Assembly (NCBI RefSeq): GCF_023055435.1 | Contig: NW_025963791.1 | Location: forward strand, 17,794,001-17,858,000 | DNA: 64,000 nt | DNA from: Haliotis rufescens | Taxonomy: Eukaryota | Direction of reading: 5' to 3' | In this document: in pieces, positions 36,238 to 45,977 of the stretch | How positions within the stretch are numbered: the stretch's first letter is position 1 | Layout of the letters: every line of letters starts with the position of its first letter | Made by a program: the position numbers and the translations under genes | Notes under the pieces: model-generated | Told to the model about the DNA's origin: nothing | Database searches by the model: none | Seen by the model: only the letters and a program-made list of their open reading frames with translations

Positions 36238-38346
36238 ATGTCCGACTCAGTCGAAACAGATGTTTGGAGGGTGTTGGTTAAACCTCATACGAACATAGTA
36301 CGATTCCTTTTGGCATCTGTGTTACTATGTCTAGTAGCAGGGAAGCCGATATGTGAAGGGGGGACATACTATGACATCGTTACCGACAATTGTGACCCTT
36401 GTAGTCATATATGTGACTATTCCGAGGCACAGAAGACAACAACAGAATGCGAAACTAAGTGTCCAGGTAAGATTAACGCTAGCTCTGCTTCACATGACCC
36501 TTGTTTATTCGCATCGCGTTGTGATGTAATAGCCAGTACGTTACATGGTTGCAGTCGTAAAACGCGTACAGTACACTAACTGTAACTTGATTTTATTGTC
36601 CCTTTTCATAAATACTTATCACACGTTTGACATTAAGAAAAGGAGAATGCAGAGCCTGTGCCATTTTATTTGCAAACGTATATATGCATTTCATTTGTTG
36701 TGTGTCCAGGTGGGTTTAGAATTTGCTTCATTGAGACCAGGGAGAGTGATTTTAAAAATCTATTTTCCTTCTAGAATATGGTAAGAGAGGATCTCTCCAT
36801 CAACCAGGGAGCGTGATAATGAAAATCTATTTTCCGTCTAGAATATGGTAAGAGAGTATATCTCCATCAACCAGGGAGCATGATTATGAAAATCTATTTT
36901 CCTTCTAGAATATGGTAAGAGAGGATCTCTCCATCAACCAGGGAGCGTGATTATGAAAATCTATTTTCCTTCTAGAATATGGTAAGAGAGGATCTCTCCA
37001 TCAACAGAAATGCCCCTATCTACAATATTATGACGACGTTGTGTCCCGATGTGACTCCTGTGAGAGCATCTGCCTCCATGCTGGACCACAGGATCCGGGC
37101 CATCAAGAAACATGTCGACGTCTCTGCCCTGGTCAGTTTTTTCTCCTTTCCAGATACTCGATCATTTAAAGGTGTATTAATATCATTTCCTTTAATCTTT
37201 GGTGGATATCCCTATAGTTACAGAGATAATACATGATATTGTTAAAATGTGTAAGGAATGTTGTTGTTTTGTTACAGAATGGCCTGGTTATAGCATTACA
37301 ACTGTGTCTCCACAAGATTCCACCATGAAAAATCCTCAGAATAAATCACTCGCCAAAGACAATCTGCCTTATACATGTCCGTGTATTGTTCAATTTTGTA
37401 TTTCTTTAATCATTTTCCCCCACATAAATGTATACAATGGTTGTAACCTCATCAATGCAATATAAACATGAATATTTTTTAAAGGCAACACTAATTTCAG
37501 ATAACATAATTACTGCATTTGTGAAAAATTGCATTCAGTTACTTATGTTACAAAAATTAACGTATGATCCTGCTTGTTTTGTCATGACTGAAGCTATTGT
37601 ACACAAACATACATTTTCGATGTTTTTTCATACAGTGGGCAGCAACGTTATCATCATACTGGCGACGTGTGTCATAGCGGTTGCTGTTGTTGGCCTTCTG
37701 TGTGTGGGCGTGATAAGGAGGAAGAAGTCTTTCTGTCAGCGACAGCATCATCCAAAACCAACACCAGGTATTTGTCACCTTCTGTCACCAACACCAACTT
37801 TCACCAATACCCACACAAATATGAATCCCCAACGTCCCTTAATAAATGACATAACTACCAAGATCCCCTTCATTCAACCATCTGTAAGTTCATCCCTCAT
37901 CCACGACATACGTCCACCCTTACGATTACAACATGTCACCAACATCTCCGGCCCATTACCCACACGCTGCCACTGCCACTGCCACATCAGGTCGGACCAT
38001 ATGACAAATTGCGGGTGTTTCCACAGATAAATATTGCTCACGTTATATATACGGGAACCCTTATGTCATGTGATTCGCTAATACAAATCAGCTTTAGTTA
38101 ATTATTTTCAGTTGTTTTATTACATTTTAATAATAAAAAAACATAAAAAGATGGTTTTCTGTATATTCCAGGTATTGACGCGGATAACACAATCTGTATA
38201 AACTAAGACCCAAAACAGATTTATCAGATTTGATTTTCGTGAATGTATGCTTCATACTCAATTTTGTCTGCTCCTCAGAACTCTTGACTGGCGAAGGAAA
38301 CCCTCTCACTCAGCCCGAGGATGACAAACAGTTTCAAGGAAGATAG
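36238..38346 (+). CDS. Receptor gene 7: long leader/signal + two CRDs + stalk + TM + tail
   Basis: Exons 36238-36466 (MSDSVET...FLLASVLLCLVAGKPICEGGTYYDIVTDNCDPCSHICDYSEAQKTTTECETKCP), 36976-37131 (EYGKRGSLHQQKCPYLQYYDDVVSRCDSCESICLHAGPQDPGHQETCRRLCP), 37278-~37376 (stalk EWPGYSITTVSPQDST; donor uncertain), 37636-37767 (TM VIIILATCVIAVAVVGLLCVGVI RRKK), 38279-38346 (ELLTGEGNPLTQPEDDKQFQGR*). Confidence 0.8.
36737..37004 (+). repeat. 4 x 67-bp tandem repeat spanning the intron1/exon2 boundary of gene 7
   Basis: Unit ccagggagcgtgattatgaaaatctattttccttctagaatatggtaagagaggatctctccatcaa starts at 36737, 36804, 36871 and 36938. Confidence 0.92.
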
Positions 38347-38950
38347 TTCATGCTACATAGATCTTATCAAAACAATGTTATGTCAACATGTATTTTAATG
38401 TAATAAATATATCTTAATATTAACGAAATTTCTTGTGAATATATTACTCAGCTTAGTTTTATTGGACAAGAAAGCAAGTTCTTCCTCTTCATGGGGAATG
38501 TGGTCTGTTCGCCACCAAGGTGTTGGTCATTACCATCCACACTCAAATCGGGATGTAAATTACCTCCCTTGAGTTATCGGGCTAGTGTAAGGTCCTTGAC
38601 AGACTAGCATTTTTGAAAGAAAGAAACAACTCCTATTAATTTGCAGAGGGTTTTCAGTGCGGTTCAGAACATGTGTTTATGAATCGTCATTACTGATCTC
38701 TCCGATACTCATCAAACTGGTATTTGCATTTGGAATATTAGACAATAGCAAAGTTAAACCTTCATCCCCATACTGTGATAAACCTATCCATGCAATACCA
38801 TTGTCAACAAACAAGGAATAATGCTGTTCTTAAAGTTTAGTGTACATATATTGACATAATACAAATTGACAAAAAGTATTTGACCCTACACACAATGTAA
38901 AACCTTAATCTTAAAATTGACATTTGATCAGGACAAGATTTGACACTTTT

Positions 38951-41900
38951 NNNNNNNNNNNNNNNNNNNNNNNNNNNNNNNNNNNNNNNNNNNNNNNNNN
39001 NNNNNNNNNNNNNNNNNNNNNNNNNNNNNNNNNNNNNNNNNNNNNNNNNNNNNNNNNNNNNNNNNNNNNNNNNNNNNNNNNNNNNNNNNNNNNNNNNNNN
39101 NNNNNNNNNNNNNNNNNNNNNNNNNNNATATGATTCATGGTCGCGTGGGAGTGACTATGTGACACCTTGACCTTGTCTAGCTTTATCAGTCAAAACTGGG
39201 TGAAGGTAAATGCACACCTAGCACACTGAGGTACAATGATATGACAAGCTACGAATTATGTTAACAAACCAATTGAAACCTTTAAAAGAAAAAAACCTAT
39301 TCATAACTGAAAGGAAAAAAAATCCATACCCTAAAAAGAAACATGACAGATATGTGGTAGCTTAGAATAAAGTCCTTTACCTATATATCATTGTTTTGTT
39401 ACGACGAAATCAGGTCATCTTTCATGACAATGCACACCTCCGCCATTACAGGTTTCCACCCGCTTGTGAAAACGGGATTCATCTCTTTTGCAAAACATAT
39501 CTTGTTGGTTTTTTTATATGAGGCCGATGATCAAAGAGTCCTTCAAATACGGTAGTCATAATACCAAAATGCAGAAATGTGTAGGATTGTCTTTGACTAC
39601 ATAATAACCAAACATTTCAGGACGATCTGAAACAAATAAATCACCTTTATTTATCAGTAAAACTAACACTAGTACTGACTTGAATCGTCGACCGGTATTA
39701 CAACAAAAGTCATTCGTTGTGGATTGTGGACAGGTTGTAGCTGCTTTCGCCATATTAAGCTTGAAGATGTACATTTAAAGTACAATCAACACTCATGTTA
39801 GTGGATCAGCTTTCATCCCTACCTGTGTTTCTGACAATTTAGTCCTTTACAAGAAAGTGACCTGAAGTGACCTTATCAGTGACAGCTGACATATTTTCAT
39901 GGGGTTATTGGCAAGCAAATATCATTTAATGGTCGTCGTTCCATTTCGGATCATGTTATGCAATACGATTTTGATTATTCGTTTGAAATTTTGTTTCTCG
40001 CAATTTCTGATCATAAGAAACAAATCAGCAAGGAGAGGGGACAACTGTACCCCTGGGGATATCTATGAGTACTTCTTGCCTAAATGTCCTATTCACAAAT
40101 TGATAATGATAATCTATGAGGCCATCATTTCAAATATTGCTTTCTCAGTACATTTACATGACATTTGCTTTCATTTTTGTGAATTTGCACCGGACATTGG
40201 AATATAGAGCTATAACTATATGTATAGTCACTACGTTTAGTTCTAAAATTTAGCCTCCTGGATCAAGCAAGTTTGAGAACCCACATGGTACAATAATTGA
40301 TTCCGCTTGTCCCAATATTTTCTGTGAATGTAAAGAAAGTCCTTCCTTGTTGCGTTAAGGAGAATCGTTAATCTTTGATACAGGGATTTGGTGGTACATT
40401 TGCTGGACCCAACAAAACATCTGTGTTTGTACGCATTTTCCTGTACAAAGGAATGGACACGTCTTCAGATCTTAGAGTCAAGCTAAAAGAAGATAGTACT
40501 GATGCAGATTTCTTCCTGACTTACACTGGTTTAATATTTTGCTTTACAAGATATGCCATTTATACCAAGTTCGTTGATCGAACAATTAATGACTTATAGT
40601 GATCCTTCCACATGATGGCGAGGTTACTTAAGGCCTTGTTACTGGGAAGATGTAGGGCAGCCAGATTTGGGATTACAACAGCCAGGGACAGAATGGGTTT
40701 ATTCCAGTTCTGTTTCCTCTTTTTAATTTGTGCATTCTACCAATGACAACATCATGCATCAACTTAACCCACTCAGACAGATATTCAACAGGTAAATCTG
40801 TTCTATAGTCCCATTGGCTTCGACAGCATCCATAATGATTTTAAAGTTGTGATCCGAAATATAGTGTAGAAGGCTGTTCACGATATTTTCTGGCCTTATT
40901 TGAATAACCAACACTAATAGAGACGTCACCTGAGATTATAGCCAACATGGTGTCAGCATTTATTCTTGACATATGCCTATGACATAAAAACATATATGGC
41001 ATACCCAAACGAGATGAGCATGCAACTTAGATGAGACGGAAACGGAACGTTTGCACTTGTGCAAGTGAACTGTGTGTTTATACATCCGGAACAACATTGA
41101 CGGATGCCACCGGTGGGGCATGATGAGCTTACCTTGAGCATCTGGTATCATAACTTTTCGAATGTGATTCATAAACACATGCTCATGAAAAAGTCGGAAT
41201 CTCACAATGGATCCTGCTTTGGGCAGAAATTTCTTATGATCATCGACTTGTTTATGGCCTCATTTATTATTATGTTGATTATGTGTATGTTTGGGACAAC
41301 GTTTTATAGCTAATAGGGGAGGGATACAGTGTTAACAGTGTTACCAAACTGTATTTACCAGATGGTTCCAGATTGATGGCATCGAATTAGACGTTCACTG
41401 TCTATGATACAGTATGTACATTAAATGCACATGGCCAATTTCTTGACGAATGAGGACGAGCTATTTTATTTCGGCGTGCCTATATCTTGCGACCAATAGT
41501 TTATGGGAAATCGTACCATCCATTACCATGAATGTAAAGCAGAAGAATGTTCAATCAAATCAATATACACATAAAAAGTCAACGCTAGAGAATAATCAGT
41601 CTCAATTAACTGTTCGAACAGATTTAAATGGCCTTAAAAGGCAAAATAGTCGGTACAACTTCATGAATGGATCACTGAAAATCGTGACACCATGAGTTCT
41701 AGAAAAGGGTAAGTATGTCCTCCACCGGTAGCACTCGATACCCACATACTCTGGATAAAATGTACAAGTGTTTTCTTGTTGCCCAACGTCGCACAGAAGT
41801 ACTCCTTGCATACGACGGCGGCCTGTAAACAATCGAGTCCCGTCTAGACAATCCAGTGATGGTTCAGAAAATACAGTGACATGTTAGCGCCTTTACTGAT

Positions 41901-44900
41901 TTTGTTGAAGCTAAAAACGATGTGTTAATTTTGAATTAAATCTGCGGCGAACAAGTGCAGAGATTCTGCTGCTTACAAGCAAAGAGGAACTCTTGTTCAA
42001 CACGTTTTGGAGGTCGAAGGGCATTTACGCAGATAACTGTTACAAGAACAACCATTCTGTTCATAACTACTGCCACACATATCCTGTTCAACACGAGCNN
42101 NNNNNNNNNNNNNNNNNNNNNNNNNNNNNNNNNNNNNNNNNNNNNNNNNNNNNNNNNNNNNNNNNNNNNNNNNNNNNNNNNNNNNNNNNNNNNNNNNNNN
42201 NNNNNNNNNNNNNNNNNNNNNNNNNNNNNNNNNNNNNGAGTCGATTATTTACCTGCTGCCATGATATAGACGGACTGTTGATGGCGTCAAACAACAAACG
42301 GACATCAGACAAAATTACAATAATCAGTATTAATGGTTCATTGGATAATATAATGCTTTTAAAAAACCCTATACACACCAGTAAAACCTGAACAACACTT
42401 CAGAACTATCATCATGGTATCATTGCTATTTGATTGTGATTAAAAAACAAAGGCACATGATATTCTCGGAATCGTCCAATCGACTCTGCTTTTAGCGGAG
42501 ATTTCTTATGAATATAGAAATGGTTTCGTAGCTATAAATGTTCATATTTACGTGCCCCTGAACACCACGATCTCATCATTTCATTTGTTTTTCTGTGAGT
42601 ATATATTTTATGCCCGATGGAATCTGTATTGGTGGATAATCAAGTCTGGCGTTGACGTTTTCAAAGTTTGAGTAAAACACGGTACGTAATCAATGCATTT
42701 CGACCATCACTACACGACTAAAACATATCCATCGATTATATGACGTATTGATGAATGCAGGGTCATGACACGGAATCATTTGGTTTGTGCGTGGCCAGTC
42801 AGTCGGAAACGAGGGCAGTCGGGATTTTACAGGAGAAATGGCGACCTGTCCGAGGGACTTCTATATGGATGGAAAATCTGGAAAGTGTCAGTCTTGTGCT
42901 GAGCTGTGCCATCAAGCCGAAGTTAGGGGAACTGTCGAACTTTGCACCAACCTTTGTCCAGGTGCTGTCAATCCACTCATTAAATCCCCAAATAGAAATG
43001 TAACAAAATAACAAACATTCACTTTGTTTATATATATGATGTTTGCAGCTGGAAAGCATGAAACCTAAGCATAGCATGTACATACATGTATAGGTACTTA
43101 AGATATACAAACTCACCGTGTTCATGGAAGCGTCTTATAGGAGTTCTTATAGGAATCTCAAAAGTTGATAACCCTTATCATGGTCAATGTGAACCAAACA
43201 AATGATGCTATAAGCTTTCCTCTTGCTCTTCCTTTTCATAGTCGCTCTTATTAAGTAAATTAATTCCAAAGACATAATTTATTGTATTTGGTATGCAACA
43301 TGTATGGAAATTGTTTCAGTAAAAGGCCATTGTAAATGCCACTTCCTGTGAAATATATGTTCATGGCAGTCTGTTTATGATAGTGTCTTCAGATAACTCT
43401 GTTCCGGAGGCTTACATTGACACGGCTACAACCACCAGTGCAACTGAGGCAGCAGTTATTGCACCGATCGATGGTGAGTGTTATAATGTGACAGAATATT
43501 TCTTCAGTACAGGGTTACTAATTCCAATGAGGAATCATCATGCTTTGAGTATATCTTCACTGATATACATGCATGTACATTCAACGAACCTTTTGAATCA
43601 TTCTTTTTTGTCTCGCTGTTCTAGATGAGAACCTGATACCAGAGGGGGTGGTCATCACACTGGCAGTGGTCATCATCCTAGTGTCCCTGGCGGCCTTGGT
43701 CATCCTACTGTTCTGTGAAAGAATTGAAAAACACGCAAGCCATCGGAGAGGGCTGGATGAGGACGTGGAACCGTCGGTTACCCTGAATAGCGTCCCTGTG
43801 AATCTGCATTGAATTTCACAATATGTGCACAAGAAACCTCGAATCGGCTATTTTGGGCAGCATCTCATCAGCTGTTGCTTGATAAAGATAGCTGTAGGTG
43901 AATGAATATATCAATACTTGGTATTAGTTGAATGTTATTATGTTAGGGTTTTATTTCATCAATTTAATTGATCCTTGTCTATTCAGCAACTACAAAACCA
44001 AAGTTGGATCCATACGTATCCCTGAATTCTGTAGTATAGAATTGAATGGTGACTGTAGTCTACAAACCGATGTTAAATTTGATGGGAAGTGGTTTGTTAT
44101 TGAACTATTATAAGTGTCATTTTGTACCAATAATGCCTTTGTAACCATTATGTGCTTTGCCATAATACATTATGAATTTAGTTTTTAGTTTGAAATAATT
44201 AGACAGTAAGGAATATACATAAGTGAGTGAATAAAAGTGCACGCCTGAACAAGTTTAAAATATATTTATTATGGACATAAACATTGAAACGGAAACAGCA
44301 CAGATTTGAACATTTTTTTGTCACATGCACCAGCTAATTACATATTAAAACATTTCTCACATTATTAGGGAATCAAAGTTTCAAGGGAATACACATTTTC
44401 TAAGATGTGTTTAAGATTTTAGGAAACGTCGTAAATCCACGTATAATTAAGGCTAATGGAATGGAATTAAAATTAAAAAATGCATTCATTATATCGTACA
44501 GTTATTTGTTGATTTCATTCAACTATATATAGCTGCTTAAAATCGAAAAAGAATGGTTATTTTCTGTTCAATATGGCCAGTGTTGATAAACTCAGGAAGG
44601 CGTAATTGNNNNNNNNNNNNNNNNNNNNNNNNNNNNNNNNNNNNNNNNNNNNNNNNNNNNNNNNNNNNNNNNNNNNNNNNNNNNNNNNNNNNNNNNNNNN
44701 NNNNNNNNNNNNNNNNNNNNNNNNNNNNNNNNNNNNNNNNNTTATACCTAAATTTATATATATATATATACATGTGTGTGTGTGTATAGATATATATATA
44801 AAANNNNNNNNNNNNNNNNNNNNNNNNNNNNNNNNNNNNNNNNNNNNNNNNNNNNNNNNNNNNNNNNNNNNNNNNNNNNNNNNNNNNNNNNNNNNNNNNN

Positions 44901-44936
44901 NNNNNNNNNNNNNNNNNNNNNNNNNNNNNNNNNNNN
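38951..44936. other. Assembly gaps (N runs)
   Basis: N runs at 38951-39127, 42099-42237, 44609-44741 and 44804-44936. Confidence 0.98.
42838..43812 (+). CDS. Receptor gene 8: probably leaderless single-CRD TNFR-like membrane protein
   Basis: Exons 42838-42961 (MATCPRDFYMDGKSGKCQSCAELCHQAEVRGTVELCTNLCP), 43393-43473 (DNSVPEAYIDTATTTSATEAAVIAPID), 43625-43812 (DENLIPEGVVITLAVVIILVSLAALVILLFC...VPVNLH*). A phase-1-compatible acceptor at 42832 leaves an upstream coding exon possible. Confidence 0.83.
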
Positions 44937-45235
44937 TAAACAAAGCGTGGAAAACACATACATATATATGTATGTGTGTTCCACGCTTTGTTTAGGTATA
45001 AGTGATACAAATTTATAGAGGCTCATTCATGCGTTGTGTCGGTTATACATAGGTACAGCTTATAAAAAATGCAATCATTTGTTAACTAAAGTCTTCATGA
45101 CCTTATCTCAATTAAATCTCATCAATGACCGTTATTAAACTCGTTTATGCATTCATTTAATTTGGTAGTTTTTACCGCATTACACGTTCACCAGTTTGGA
45201 CCTGAAAAAACGGGTCATCTAAAAAAGAGCAACAT

Positions 45236-45255
45236 GGGAAAATCCATTGACGTCA
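45236..45255 (+). promoter_or_regulatory. kappaB + CRE composite upstream of gene 9
   Basis: GGGAAAATCC at 45236-45245, then a perfect CRE TGACGTCA at 45248-45255; same arrangement as upstream of gene 7. Confidence 0.55.
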
Positions 45256-45441
45256 CGAAAGGTTTCGTGATTCACAGTCCATTGTTAACAGCAGTTTAAA
45301 ACATGGCGTCTTGGGTGGATCGCTCCAGAATGTTCGTCCTCATTGCCAGACACAGGAAGCAGCCGGACACCCGTCTGAAACGGACCAGGAGTGAACGGAC
45401 ACTGGAAACACAGGGAGTTCCGAATATATCGTTTCAAAGTC

Positions 45442-45943
45442 ATGTCCGAGTCAACCGAAACCATTGTTCAGAGGGTATCGGTTAGACTTGATATGAATTG
45501 TCTATTTCGAATCCTTGTGACGAGTGTGTTATTATATCAAGTCAGCGGTAGGCCCGTGTGTAAAGAAGGGATGTATTATGACAGCGTCACCAACAACTGC
45601 GATCCCTGTAGTGACATATGTGAATATTCTGAGGCACAAAAAACCACAGTGGAATGCAGAACAAAGTGTCCAGGTAAAGTCAATATTGTAATATATGCAA
45701 TTCATCACATATTTCTGTAAAACAGGAAATGTGAAAAGAAATAAATATTTTCGTCCCTTTCGCTTCTATGTGTGCATCGACTGAAATATTTTCAAAATCC
45801 GGGTGTAGAATATAATTATCAATGCAAGCACAGCAATAAAAAGTGTAGGTTTCCGGCATCCAGATACCTTCAGCAACCTTCAAATTTCTTGGTAATTTCC
45901 AGATAATTTTTTCATGTGTTTCACACTTAAGTGAACAAAATGC

Positions 45944-45977
<34 letters not shown>

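Noticed and set aside
36737-37004. CRISPR-like appearance of regularly spaced repeats (also 26883-27700 and 55845-56358)
   Set aside because: Units are contiguous tandem copies with no unique spacers, there are no cas genes, and the context is eukaryotic.
39500-41700. Coding-like composition between two gaps, possibly a decayed transposon or viral insert
   Set aside because: No recognisable motif or sustained frame; cannot classify without a translated homology search.
38911-45026. ORFs containing long X runs
   Set aside because: Artefacts of N gaps.
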